Made by a program: the position numbers and the translations under genes
Shown: positions 28,092 through 43,407 of the stretch, piece after piece
Position numbering within the stretch: the first letter of the stretch is position 1
Layout of the letters: each line of letters opens with the position of its first letter
The notes under the pieces: generated by a model
The model's input: the letters and a program-made list of their open reading frames with translations, nothing else
What the model was told of the DNA's origin: nothing
Databases searched by the model: none
NCBI RefSeq assembly: GCF_009914755.1
Contig: NC_060942.1
Length of the DNA: 64,000 bases
Origin: the human T2T-CHM13v2.0 reference genome, Homo sapiens
Direction: 5' to 3' (one strand)

Positions 28092-30784
28092 GATTTTAAA
28101 CTTATTTTGGCATGGATTTCTCTCATATACATCTCTTGTGCATATGTAATAAGGAAAGTATACATGAAATAAATTAGTTAAGGTATTTACAAAACTTCAG
28201 ATTCTGAGTCTGATTCATCTGAATTATTTTCCAACTTGGAGTCATCAAGTTCATGTTTGGCTGCACAGGATCACCCTCTTTGCCATCAAGAGCATTGGTG
28301 ATGTAGTATTTCCTAAGAGATGTCCCCACTCATCTCCAGGATTCTCTTCCTAGCCATTGCACAGTTTCATGCCCGTGTATAGGCAATGACAACTAAGGCT
28401 GACTGCTGCTGGCTGACAGCGCATGTGGGCTGCAGTATGACTTCAGAAATATTAAAATGTGAGTAAATATATGTCTTTAGGTTCAAATTTAGGTCTGTGT
28501 ATCTCTTAACTCAGGCACAGAGAAGAGGCTTGTGCCGTGTGTTTCCAGAGGTTGTTGTTTCCCATCATAGGGCAGGAGCAGGTGCTAGATTTGATCTGAA
28601 CTCCAACTTCTGCTCCTTACCTCTCACTCAGTTGTTAGTACCACCTATGTTCCCTTTCACACCTCTTATGGAGGCAGCTTGGTGAACTTTTGGGGGAAAA
28701 GGAAAATTCAAAACCAAATGAAGAACTTTTTCTGGTTGTTGCTGTCGAAACCTCCCTGATGATTTCAGTGGAAGTTCTCTGGAGCAGACAATTTCACAAA
28801 CATCTGAATCAAGTGTACTCTGTCAGAGTCACCAGAGTGTGAAGATTCTGCTGTTTAGTTCTGTGCAAGGAGATTGGTTAAGAAAATTGTGAAGTATCCC
28901 AAATGCAGACAGCTGTCGCTCCGAGGAACTGACTATACTGAACTTCCTTGGGATGCCCGCCCCTAATTGCTGCAGCTATAACCACTGCTTGTAGCCAGGG
29001 TGGGCTGAAAAGTACCACAGTCTGCTGTGGAAAAAAGCCTCATGTCCATAGGTTTTAGAGTTGAACCTACATCATCATAAATGAATTTCTTGGATGGATG
29101 CCCCCTTTGCCTAAAACACAGGAGGGATCACACTAAGAGAAGTCATCCAAGATGCTCATGTTTTGTGCATGAAAGTACGTCTGTATATATTTTCCATTTT
29201 GACCTTTTCAGTTCTCTTTGAGCACTGGAGTTTGTATATTTGTTTTATATTTTGGCAGCTAGGGACCAAGATATTTCTTTTCTGTTTGTTTTCTCCAACT
29301 CTTTTTACAGTTTAACAAGTCAAATACAAAACTCAGGGGAGTTAATAAGCCTCGTGATGGTATTGTGCATAGCATCACATTATTGATTAGATATACTGCA
29401 TTGGAATGCTGTAGAAGAGCCCCAAACCAAAAAATTTCAGACGCCTGAAGCTTTGAGCTTTCCAATTAGGCTGAAAGGTTCCCCTGATAACCAGTAGTGC
29501 TGAAGCTTTTAATATTGTTTAGCTCTATCAGTTATCAGCAACATTTTCTAGTTATGGAGGCCAGAGGATCACTTGATGTCAGCAAGGTAGCTCATCTAAT
29601 CTACTTGCCCCCTTTCTAATCAAATATTCTATCTGGAAGAAAAGAAATTTTCAGTTTCACGTAAGCTGATCATAATTGGGAGCAAACGCTTCTTTCCCTT
29701 CTTCTATGCTATCTCCTCTTGTGCAGTCTATTTTGCATCCAAAGATACATTTGAAAGTCGAAATCCCTTAAAGCGAAATATTCTAAACTGACAGAAGAAT
29801 TTCTAGTGGCACAGCAGCCTAGAGCCATGTTTTTATGAGGACATCACTTTCTATTTCCAAGCTTCACCATGCACTCTTGCTTTCTTAGTGCTGGGAGCCA
29901 TGCCACATCAACTTGCCTCCCTCTCAGCTTTTAATGTTTTTTTAATGGAGTCCAGTTTTCCACCTAAGTTATAGCTAGCTTTCTGACAAACCATCAGACA
30001 CCTAAGTGACCATAAGGGAAGTGTCCAGATGTGACATGGGAAAAGGCTATGGCTCACTTTCGTGCCTTTAAACAAAACCATATTATAACCATTCATTTTT
30101 ACTTGGCCTCTGGGTTTGCTGTAAAGGCTAAAATGGGGCTTAAGAAAACATTTTAAAAATTAATATATGATATGAAGTCTTTTCTTGTAATCCACAAGCA
30201 AAAGCAATCATTTCTAAATCTGGCTGGCATGGTGAGTATGCTGCCTGTACAGTGAAACAGCAGGAGTGCTGCATGTTTTTCTGAAGCAAAGAACTGCTCA
30301 GGTAGCAATGAAGTTAGTTATCTAATGAAATAAAGCAAATGCACTTTACAGATTCCCAGTTGTTTAGAAGAATTTAAGAAAATAATTGTAAATTAAAATG
30401 AATTTGAAATGAATGGTGAATCATTGGAAATGCAAATTTATCAGAGAATACGGGCATTTCTATGATAAAGGAAGAAATATATCCTCTTGAAAGTCAGCAA
30501 TTTAGATGGCTTTATCTATACAATTTGGAAGACATTTGCAGAGCATTTGGTAATTAAATATGCCCTCAGCTGAGCAATAATGCCCGGGGTTGTCCTGCTG
30601 GCAAATAAAAGCTAAGTATTCTTACTATGCCTGGGTTTTGAATTTCTGCTTGGAATCCTGTGAGTTGTCTGTGATACTGCTTGTGAGGTTGTACAATCCA
30701 TACAATAATGTGAGTAAATCAGTTTTTACTAAAAAACAAGCAGAATTCATTTTCCTAGCTTCTCAACAACTGGCTCTTTCTTGA

Positions 30785-31084
30785 CATTCAGATTTTAGCT
30801 CAACATCTCCACCTACCCAGTGAAGCCTTTCCGTCCACGTTAGCCCACCCTATCTGACCACGTTCCTTTATTTTTATTTCACTGATCACTGTCTGAAATG
30901 ATTTTCTTCATTTGTTTGCTGGTTTATTGAATGCCTCTGCCTAGGAGAAAATAAACTCTTCGAGAGCAGGATGTTACCTGTCTCCTTCATGTCTGATTTC
31001 CCAGCTCTTGGAAGCAGTGCTGGCACATTGTGAGGTCTTCAATAAGGGAGGTTACATGAATGAATGAATGAATGAATGAATGAA
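30785..31084 (+). mobile_element. L2 3' end with (TGAA)n
   Basis: ctcaacatctcc...gaagccttt...aaactcttcgagagcagg...cagtgctggcacat...tgaatgaatgaa. Confidence 0.8.
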
Positions 31085-32148
31085 GAGTGCTGACTGGCAT
31101 ATAGCTCCAAAGGGAGTTATAGAACATTGGATAGCTCATAGGCTTGGTATAAGATATGGATATACATGGAGTCTAATAAAATGTAGCCTAATGAGGGCAG
31201 GAACTATCTTTATACTTGAAAAAAATTTCCACGACAGCTGATATTTTACACTGTTGGAGGCTTATCAATGGGGATTTCTTGAGGAGGTGACCTGGTGTTA
31301 TAATTCATGCCAGCAAGGGTATGGGGGGGTAGTGGGGGCCACTTTCAGGGATCATAAGCCCACAGTAAGTCACCTGGATTGACGAGGACTGTCCTTTCCA
31401 GTGTGGACAATTCTGTTCACTTGAAATTCCTTGAACAGAGTTTTTTTCTTAAACAAAAAATAGAAAGATATTTTACCATGTGATTAATATTTTGGGTGCT
31501 TTCTGTTAAACCGATCCTTGCCTTTACGTAGGTAAAAACTGTTCTTAAAAAAGCAGTTTGGCTGATGGAGTCTGAGATTCATTAAAAAGATTAGTAACTT
31601 AAAAGAAAACAAAAACAAGAAACTTCTTTGAATTTGATGTATTTTATAGGAAGGGGCCTAGTTTGATGTTGCCCAGCTTAACTTTTTATCCAAATTGCCC
31701 TTGAGGAATGTTTTTTAATCAGATGCATTTTTATCCGTATCTTCTGAAGTGACTTTTTTTTTTCTTTTTACAGGAGGGTAGAATAACATGGAAAGCAGCT
31801 TTTATTCACTCCAAGGACAGCTAACTCACATACAACAAAGGGCAGAATAAGTCTCTAGGTGCATAGATTAGCCTCAGGGTGTCATGGGTGTGTGTGTCTT
31901 ACTTAGGAACCTCTTTAAAAATAACTACCTTGTGATTAGTATCTGATGCTAATGGTATATTTTCATTTAGAAAGTCTGAGGTCTTTATTTTCTGAGACAG
32001 TGAATGAACTTCTTTTCACCTTGTTCCTGGCTGTTTTTCCTCCATTGCCTTAATAAAGACTGAGGTGCATAGGCACATACACCTTCCTGCAAATGGTAAA
32101 TTTTCTAATAAAACAGTTTCCCTTTCTATTATAATTCCAGTTGAGTGA

Positions 32149-32536
<388 letters not shown>

Positions 32537-35500
32537 TGAACATTTTCTTACTGATTCTGTCTAATGTTTCTGTTTAATATGGTTACCAGGGGAAGCCCAT
32601 CTGGGGGAAGGGTTTATAAGTTTAACTAAAATGTGAGAAATGGAGATAGAGAACACTGTAGTGTTCTTTCCAGCCAAAGCTCGTTAATACAATTTTGGTC
32701 ATGTTCAAAGACTTTTAAAAAATGGGTTTGGAGACAATTTTATGTCCAGTCTTTAATCACTAACCACAGCGTGTTTCTCCCGTCACTTCCGTGATTCCGA
32801 GGTTAGCATATAAGGTTTGGATCACGGCAATGGCTGCATTGTGAGCCACATATAAAAAAAGTTGTAATCAATTTCTTTGATGTCATAAAGTCACAGCCCA
32901 CCAATCTAATATCAACGTAATGGGATAGAAATTGTCAGGCTATAGTTAGTTACTGGCTTTAAAAAAAATTAAAGCATCAACAAAATCTGCTTCTAGCAAG
33001 AAACATGTATATTAAAAGACTATTTGGGGAAAAAATGAATGTAAATCCTTCCTTGTTTGAGTGACTTCTAGTAGTTCATATGTTTTCTAAAACAAAAGCG
33101 TGTGGAAAATGAAGGCCATTCCATGGAAGCTGGTGAATATGTAGGGTCCTTATAAGGTCTAGCTTTCTGGAGTTTGTCATTAAAGTGTGGTTTTATGATT
33201 CCTCCCAAAAAAGTTGGGGGTAAGAAAAGGGAGAACCCAGAACAAGGGAGAGAGAAGAATGGTGGCAAACAGGAATATGGACAAACTGGAGACTGATCTG
33301 TAAACTTGGGAGGAGATGGTTTCCTTAAGAAGTTTGCACGTAATATTTAAGTGATGCATTCATATAACATCTTGACTTAATAAAAGAAAAAGAAAAGAAA
33401 ATGAAAGAAAAAATCTGCAGCAAGACAATAAAAAGTTTCCTCCTCATACCCACCGCCTTAGGGGTTTTTCCTTGGAGCCTCAGAGCTTATCCCACTGAAA
33501 CTCATCAATTTTTGCTTTTATGCTGGAAATGCCCGAAAACATTTGAAGCTTCATAGCCACCCTTTGGGGTGAGAAGGTTTCACAATGCCCGCAGAGCCAC
33601 ACAGCCTGTCCCCAGGGAAGGCCAAGGGGCCACAGGGTGGGGGAGAGAGGCATTCTTTCTGTTCCTAGGCAGGGATCAAGTGCCCTTCCCCTGCCAGTCT
33701 GCAAACAAAGGACCCAACCTCAAAGCTCTTGCCCCAGCGCGTGACCTCGGGGGCCAAAGGCAAAACATTTTATCTCTGGGTCCTAGTGACATAAGCTCCT
33801 CAGGCTCTGCAATTGTAGTTTATGATGTGACTAGAAACCTTTGATGGAATGACTATTGCCTTCTATTTCTCTGCCCAGCCATTTATTATTCTGTATATTT
33901 TTGAGAGCTGTGGGAAACTTTCATAACCAAAGCCTGAGCCAGGCTAAAACTTGTTCTATTTGGAATCTCTAATGAAGTCAAAACATGGCCTGGATTTTCT
34001 GAAAGGCTCCTCTGGCTGCCTGCAACAGCCCCAGGGCACAATCAGACAAGGATGGAGAAGGCCTGGGAGCAGATTTTGTTACCAAGAATAGGACAGAACA
34101 ATGTTTGCCTCCAAAACACTAGGGCTGCTATTTACCTTCTCAGCTGGAAGAAGTGAGGCATAAATGCATTATTGCACATAAAGTGTAAATACCAATTCTT
34201 TAATTTCTAAATTTTTAGGATTTTATTTTTTCTTAACTCCCCTTAAATAAAACGTCAGGGAAAATTTTTAGCATAATTGATTTCCTGAACTAAGGGAATA
34301 AATTCATTTCAGAAGTTTTGACCTTCTAAAGTGCTGTTACTTTGCCTAAAATGGAAGTATGGAGGAGGCAGAATAAAAATTGTAAGACATTTCCAGGTGA
34401 TTATGGGGGTTGAGAACGCTTCCATGTGTGTGCTGTGTGTGTTGGCAATGTCATTATTTCAGGAACTGCTATGAAAAAACCAAGTTTCCCTATGTTTGGA
34501 TGTAAAACTTCATCTACTTTTCAGAAGCTCTCCAAAATTATTTACCAGCTTGAGCCTGCTCCCTCAAAAGGAGCCTCAGTTCCTAACAAAAGTGGTAAGT
34601 TGTAAAATGTAGGTCCTAGTTTTTACTTAAGTCAAAGGTTAATAGTAAAAGGGGGGTTGATTCCTCACTGTTTCAAGTTAATGTTTATTTTTCACCATCA
34701 TTTAAAGGATTTTTCAGGCCGTTATTTCACTGCTGAAAGCAGAGTAAGAGAACTCAGATCATGCCCCAGGGCTTGAATAAAGGAATAAAAACAGCACAAC
34801 ATTTGCATCTATTTAACTGTCTCAGTTCTAAGAGTCCCCTCACAGTAAGAGGGGGGAAACCGTATCTCTAGGTTAAATGAAGCTTTTCTGAGATATTTGC
34901 CGAAAACACAATTCAGAGAAAGATAATCATTGTCAGAAATGACCTAGGAAGTCAAGGCCTTGTGATTGAAAACACAAAGCTTAGAAAGGTGCATTCTCTT
35001 GCTTCTCTGCCTGCCCGGATATCAATGAACATCAGCTAAAGGTGGCTGAAGAACCAATTTCATGCATCTACTGTACGAGGAAATGAACTGAGCCAAGGGC
35101 AAAAATAAAATTATACAAATGTTATTATAGACTAGCCTGCTTCTGTCCTAGTTTAATTCAAATTTTAGTGCTGCAGGCTTTGCTTCTGGCAGTAGCCTTC
35201 CTGAATAAATCAACATTTGCTTACATCTAAATTATTAGGGAAGCATGTGACTTTGTTTATTGTATAAATTATACGCAAGGTTAAAGCATTAACTGTTGAA
35301 CTGGCTTTGTTCAGTCACCTCCCCAACTCTCCCCCAAATCATCTCTCCCCTAAATAGGAAATTAAAATCTGAAACTACTAATTGCTTTTAGACAAACCAA
35401 ATAACAAAGCTGCATTATGAACCTGAGGTTACAGATGGAGAGCACTGTTAAAGGTGTGGCAGGAGACAGTCTTGGTGTTGAGGAAAAAGAAAGGCACTCT

Positions 35501-36737
35501 GGCCCAAGAAATTGTTCACCTGAGCTCTGATGGGGTGTCTGCACAAAGGAAAATGGTGATCTGGTAAATAATCGGTTAAGTTGATTAAGGCAGCCAACCA
35601 AATGGGATAATTTAATACAAAACTAAAGAAAGCCTTTTGGCTAGGATTTCAGTAAGCAAGGAATTTCAAATTATATTGCAATGTTGGACCCAAACATTTT
35701 TATTGCCATTATCTGCTAGAAAGTTAGACATAGGCTGGAAAACACACTTAGGAACAATGATTTGTTTTTTGTTTGTTTGTTTGTTTGTTTGTATTGTTTT
35801 TCTCTCTGCACATCACTGTGAAATGACTCCTGAAAGACCATCCATACTTATTTAGAAAATAAGCCTGGGCTTTGATAACTAGACAATTTGACTTTCTAAG
35901 TGTTTAGACAAGCCAGGTATCAGGTGTGTCCTGCTATGAGAACATCCAATTTAAATAAACATCAAGGGTTCAGAGTAGACAAATCAGAAGGTAATTGTTT
36001 ACTTTACAAAAGGTTCTTTTTATAAGATCATCCGCAATACGCTTGTTTTTGTTGACCTTTCCCACAGTATAATTTGCAAAATTATAATTAAATTCAATCT
36101 TTTCCAAAAATATATGTTTTTCTTTTTCTTTCTCAAGACTTTTTGTAGAAACTCTGCAGGTCAGAAGATTTTTGTATGGAATGATCTTCTCCAATCAATT
36201 ATTTGAATCTAAGGTGTGCTCAAGAGGAGAATCAGTTTCCCATTCAACCACTTAGGATTCTTTCTCTCTGCGTCCTAAATTTGGCTTTGAGACCTTGGAT
36301 GATGATTCTCCTAATCTGGTCAATGGACCACCTGCAAGAATCACCCAGGACTGGAGCCCAGGAATCTGCTCAGTAACGTGACTGGGGTGCATGTGAGCTA
36401 ACATTTAAGAACTACTTTTGCAGAGTCTAATATGTGTAGACTCTAATATGTGCAGAGTCTAATATGTGTAAACTGTGTAGCTCTCTACTCTGTCATGCAC
36501 TTTGCATCATCTTCTAGTCATTGTGTCCTGGAGCCCAGCCCAAAAGGCCTCCCAATCCCTGCCCTGCTTTGTTTTGGTCAAGAAGGGTATCTCTGGAGCA
36601 CACTTACCATGGTAGATCTTGATTTGTATCAGGTATTTATGAAAAATTGCCACACATAACTACAATTCTTTTTGAAATAACTTATTATACGTAAAATTAA
36701 ATTGCTTTCCACTCAATGAATATCTGTAAGAAATAGC

Positions 36738-37345
<608 letters not shown>

Positions 37346-37624
37346 CTTAATTAATTAATTAATTATAAATGGGAAGCACTGAAACTGTGTCCTTCCCCCT
37401 CTTACTCTTCCAGAGGAAGAGAAGATCATCAGTGGCAAATGGCAGTCACAGGAAAGCAACACCCACAGCCGGTTTCACACATGTGGAGAGCACCCTGAGC
37501 CTCCTCCTCCTGGTTTCCCGTGCTCTGCAAGTTCAGAGAAACTTCTCTCACAACCAACTATAGAAACAATCTTGGAACGTACAGTCTTAGAAATGGCTTT
37601 TTAATTGCAGCATATCAGAGTGAA

Positions 37625-37850
37625 AAAGGACCCAGAGATGTTGGAATCAGACAATCCTGGTTTCAAATCGGTTTCATTGTTCATCCTCATGTGATGTTTG
37701 GCAAGAAATAAAACATTTCTGCGTTCAGTTTCCTTGTCTGTGATATTACATAACATATTGCAAATATGCTGAGTGTTGAGAAAATAATGAACAACATGCA
37801 AGGAGTAGCTGGGATATGGTAGCAGCTCAGTAGATAATGATGATGATCAA
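37625..37850 (+). mobile_element. MIR
   Basis: ggaatcagacaatcctggtttcaaatc...tcagtttccttgtctgtg...cagctcagtagat. Confidence 0.65.
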
Positions 37851-37968
37851 TATTCACCATTGACAAGTAGCTGTGAAATCCACAAATGGTGGACATAAAA
37901 GGTTAACCAGTGAAGTGCTGGGACAACGTAGCTGAAGAAATATTGGAATGTTCCTGCTCAGATTGGCC

Positions 37969-38030
37969 TCAGCCTGAAAACTGTTTACTTCCTGCCCAAA
38001 TCTGGGGCCTGTCTCCTCTTCCAGCATTCC
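37969..38030 (-). CDS. Putative last coding exon of a spliced 81-aa ORF (GNAGRGDRPQIWAGSKQFSG*)
   Basis: Acceptor ctttctttctctgtctcctccctcAG|GG, phase 1 matching the upstream exon, TGA at 37971-37969. Confidence 0.45.
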
Positions 38031-38233
38031 CTGAGGGAGGAGACAGAGAAAGAAAGTATAGGCAGAAATCATAGAAGTCAGCTGCTTTCAGATAACTTCT
38101 ATAGCTGGTATTTTTACAGAGACTACATGTTGGGAGATGGTAAATTTACCTAGAAATTAATGTGATGAAGACTTTATACGTGAAACGGGAACTTTGGGAT
38201 ACTGACAACAGACAGAATAATGACTCTGTAGTG

Positions 38234-38537
38234 GTTTTTTGGGGGTTTTGTTTTGTTTTAGACAAAGTCTTGCTCTGTCACCCAGGCTGGAGTGCAGTGG
38301 CGCGATTTTGGCTCACTGCAACCTCTGCCTCCTGAGTTCAAGTGATTCTCCTGCTTCAGCCTCCTGAGTAGCTGGGATTACAGGTTCCCGCCACCACACC
38401 TGGCTAGTCTTTTGTATTTTTAGTAGAGATGGGGTTTCACCATGTTGGCCAGGCTGGTTTCGAACTCCTGGCCTCAAATGATCCACCTTGGCCTCCCAAA
38501 GTGCTGGGATTACAGGCATGAGCCACTGCGCCTGGCC
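38234..38537 (-). mobile_element. AluS
   Basis: Full dimer flanked by atga(c/t)tct(g/t)tagt. Confidence 0.95.
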
Positions 38538-38999
38538 ATGATTCTTTAGTATTGATAAAAGTTTTCATAAAAGATATGTCACAGAGTAGGATACAAAAAA
38601 GACACACATCAAGCATACTTTGGATGGTGAAATGAGAATAGTGTACAGGGAAAGGCAGGAAAGACCTGGCTTAGGGATTCTCCAGTTCCCCAACTGGGCA
38701 CCACTGAATGCTGGAAACAATACTGAAGATGACAATTTTCTAGGGACCTAATCTGGCAGAGGGTAATAGTAACCCTCCCAGAATGGTGTCTTAATAAGTT
38801 TTCTTCCTGCTTGGAGATGTTACGCTATCTATTTGCAAGTATGTTTTGTCGTTCAATTATCATATCAAGCCTATGAAATTGGTTTTATTTTTAGCCCCAT
38901 GGTCCTGGGAATATTTTGGGAAGTGGTTACATCTTGAGTAATGGAGAATACCAGTTGAATCCCACATTGTGTGAAATATGTCTCCATTGGAGAGATTTA

Positions 39000-39500
39000 C
39001 CATTTGTCTTCCCAGTATCCATTCGCTATTTTTAAGGTAAAATGACACCTCAAATTCCATCTGGGGAACCACTCTCTCCCACTCTCAGGCCACATAGTTT
39101 AAAAAGCATCACATCCATTCTTAACATTCTCTTTTGTTAGAGGATTTAGTTCATTCATCCTCCATGTGACCCAGTCAGAACGAGGCATAAGGAGACTGTT
39201 GTTCTTTCCCAAGGGACTTGAACCTGGAAGTAGGTGAGCTGGTGCTACTGTTGCCACCTTGCCACCACAGGTAAGTGAAGAATAAGGCCAATGAGTGGAT
39301 GAACACAGAGCCCACTGAGAGGTGGACAGAAAATGGGTCTTGATGACATTTTTGGAGCCTAAATGAAACTGTTATTGAAGAAAGTCCCATCCTGGAATTT
39401 TTACCTATGTGAGCCAATAAACTTTCTTCTGCCTTGAGCTAGTTTTGGTGGAGTGTTTTTTGTTTTTTTGTTTTTTTTTTTTCATTTTCAACAGAAGAGA
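39000..39500 (+). mobile_element. Old MLT1 MaLR LTR
   Basis: gggtcttgatgacatttttggagcct...tatgtgagccaataaactttc. Confidence 0.6.
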
Positions 39501-39502
39501 GT

Positions 39503-39862
39503 TGATTTGGTTTGGCTGTGTCCCCACCCAAGTCTTATCTTGAATTCTAGTTCCCATAATCCTCACATGTCATGGGAGGGACCTGGTGGGAGGTAATTGA
39601 ATCATGAGGGTGGTTTCTCCCATTCTGTTCTTGTGATAACGAGTTCTCATGAGATCTTATGGTTTTATAAGCATCTGGCATTTCCCCTGCTTGCACTCCT
39701 TCTCTCTCCTGCCGCTGTGTGAAGAGGTGCCTTCCACCATGATTGTAAATTTCCTGAGGCCTCCCCAGCCCTGTGGAACTGTGAGTCAATTAAACCTCTT
39801 TTCTTTATAAATTAGCCAGTCTTGGGTATTTCTTCATAGCAGCATGAGAACAGACTAATACA
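39503..39862 (+). mobile_element. THE1-family MaLR solo LTR
   Basis: tgatttggtttggctgtgtccccaccc...cagactaataca with a perfect 5-bp TSD agagt. Confidence 0.95.
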
Positions 39863-40149
39863 AGAGTCCTAACTGGAAAAAGATCTCTTTCTCCCCACTC
39901 AATGCCATAACAAACTATAGATAGAGCTTGTCTGTTAGGTGGCTGTTTTGCAAACCAAGGACAAAATGGAAAACTGGCAAGTCATGGGCAATTTTATGCT
40001 CTGAGAGAATGTAAAGACAATCTCCCCAACATAGAGCACATTTCTGCAGGGATTGCTGGTTACATACTGTGATAGTTGTTCTTTCCGTCTTAAAGTCCTG
40101 ATTATAGCTGGGCATATAATCAATTTTTTAAAAAGACTTCATCAGACTC

Positions 40150-40532
40150 TTTTGTGACTCAGCATGGCCATCTGACTAATCTCTGGCCAATGGGATTTAA
40201 GCAGCTTCTCCAGGTAATTTCCTTAAAAGATAGCCAGGATGTGCCCTTTGTCCTTTTTTCTTTGTCCTTTCCTTCATCGTGCTGCCTAAAATGTGGGTAT
40301 GATGGCTGGAATTCTAACTATCATCTTGTATCATGAGGCCAGATTTCTACTTCAGAAATGGCAGAGCCATGAGCTAAAAATATTCTGGATCCGTAGGAAC
40401 TTCAGGGAACAAGCTATCTTACAGCTCTGGTTTGCCAACATTTGAATTCTTACTTGAGAAAGAAATAAACCTCTGTCCTATTTAAGTCACTGTTATTTTG
40501 AGTTTTTGTTAGCATCAAGCTTAATCCTAATT
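40150..40532 (+). mobile_element. Old MLT1 LTR fragment
   Basis: ggccatctgactaatctctggccaatggga...gatggctggaa...agaaataaacctctg...tttaagtcactgttatttt. Confidence 0.6.
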
Positions 40533-41186
40533 AAGGCAGTTCCAAGAACATGTTTTACAAGAAATTATTTTCTCAATCTTTCTTTGACTATCCATGAAAC
40601 TGAAAATGAGTACAGCTAATGTATGTAAAGTCCATATGATGTTGATATATTCTTTCAATATATATTATATAAGCAATTGCAGCAATGTCCAAGTTAGATT
40701 CAGTGCAAACCAAAGTGACCCAATTCTTCCTATCTGCTGGGTGCTGTGCTAGGCCAATGGGATTTGTCAATGATAAAAGTACAAATTTATTTTTTCTTTC
40801 CTTAACAAATATTTCTTTTATAAAATTTTGTACCCTTTGACTAATAACTGCATTTTTTTTCTCCCCCTGGTGCCTGGCAACCACTATTTTACTCTCTGCT
40901 TTTATGAATTTGATTATTTTACATTCCTCAAGTAAGTGATATCATGTAGTATTTGTCCTTCTGTGTCCGGTTTATTTCATTTAGCATAATGTCCTCCAGG
41001 TTCATCCATGTTGTTGCAATTGGCAAGGTTTTCTTTTCTTTCTTTAAGTCTGAATAGTATTCCAGTGTAGGTATGTACCACATTTTCTTTATTCATTCAT
41101 CTGATGATGGATATATAGCTTATTTCCATATCTTGGCTATTGTGAATAATGCTGCAATGAACATGGGAATGAAGGTATCTCTTTGA

Positions 41187-41597
<411 letters not shown>

Positions 41598-42514
41598 TGA
41601 GGAACCTCTATGCTGTTTTCCATAGTGACTTACGAATTTACATTCTTACCAACAATGTACAATGGTTCCCTTTCCTCCACATGCTCAATAACAACTTATC
41701 TTTCATTTGTTTGTTTGTTTATTTATTTGTTTGTTTTATAATAGTCATACTAACAGATGTGAGGTGATATCTCATTGTGGTTTTGATTTGTTTATTTGTT
41801 TTATTATTTGTTTGTTTGTTTTATAATAGTCATACTAACAGATGTGAGGTGATATCTCACTGTGGTTTTTATTTCCATTTCCCTGGTGATTAGTGATGTT
41901 GAGCACCTTTTTGTATACCTGTTGGCCATGTGTATGTCTTCTTTGAAAACTGTTCAGGTCCTTTACCCATTTTTTAATCGAGTTACTTGCTTTTTGCTAT
42001 TGAGTTGTAGAAATTATTTATATATATTGGATGTGTCAACCCTTGATCAGATATATCATTTGCAAATACTTTCTCCCATTCCTTATGCTGCCTTTGCATT
42101 TTGTTGATTGTTCTCTTTGCTGCGCAGAATCTTTTTATTTTGATGTAATTTCATCTGCCTACTTTTGCTTTTTTGCCTGAATTTTGGTTTTATATTTAAA
42201 AAAATCACTGCCAAGGCCAATGTCAGGAAGTTATTTTCCTATGTAGTCTTCTAGGAGTTTTACAGTTTCAGGTCTTATGTTTAAATCTTCAATCCATTTT
42301 GAGTTGAGTTTTTGGTATGGTTTAAGATAAAGGTCCAATTGTCCAATTTGCATGGAGATATACAGTTTTTCCAGTACCGTTTATTGAAGAGACTGTCCTT
42401 TCCCCATTGTGTATTCTTGGCACCCTTGTCAAAGATTATTTGACCATCTGTTAGTCTATATGTCTGTTTTTAAGCCAGTACCATACTGTTTTGATTACTG
42501 TAGCTTAATAACAT

Positions 42515-42655
42515 ATTTTTATTTTATTTTGAGTTTTATAGAGGCAGGGTCTCACTATATTGGCCAGGATGGTCTCAAACTCCTGGTCTCAAGCAATCCT
42601 CCTGCCTCAGTCTCCCAGTGTGCTGGGATTACAGGCATGAGCCACCACACCTAGC
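42515..42655 (-). mobile_element. FLAM/Alu monomer
   Basis: Left monomer only. Confidence 0.88.
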
Positions 42656-43407
42656 TTTTTATATATTTTGAAATCAGGAAGTTTGATGCCTCCTTCCAGT
42701 TATGTTCTTGATGAAAGTATGAGTTTTATACACAGATTTAATTTTTGGTTAAAAATCAATTAAATTATACTTTCAAAGATAAGATTTTGAGGTGTTTTAG
42801 AAGAGAAATGAGAAGCAAGGTGCTATGTATATTGTAGTTTGGATAAATGTTGTTCATAGAGGTATAGACACTGAAAGCCTTTGCTTCACAATAGCTATGG
42901 TACAGATGCTATAGGGCGGAAAATAATTAGTCAGGGCTGAAGTTAATAAACTACATAGGAATCACTGGATTCAATTCTATTTGTTTCACGGAGGTACTTC
43001 ACATTGCTAGGTGACTTTGAAGGAAAGCAAGTATTTTTCAGCTTTAAAATTAGAAAAATTAGTGGATGTTAGGCAATCTACGAAAAATTTTGAAGTAATT
43101 ATTAGTAATTTCTCAACAGTAGGTAAATTCAAATGTTCATTCCCATGTTAAAGATATGGAGGCAGAAAATAAAAAACTAAAAATGATCATGGGAGTGGTG
43201 TTGCTAGAAACTGGGAATAACGTTCATATCCTTTAGCTTTGTGACTACCCATCTACCCACACATTCATATATGGGAGTTATTGATAGTTCTGATTTGTTT
43301 GATTGGTGAATGTCATTTTCCAAGATATGTTGAAATTCCTAGAAGAAATAAGTGTTTTGTCAGGTGTGATGAATGCAGGGAAGGAAGATGAAAACAAGAC
43401 AACATAG

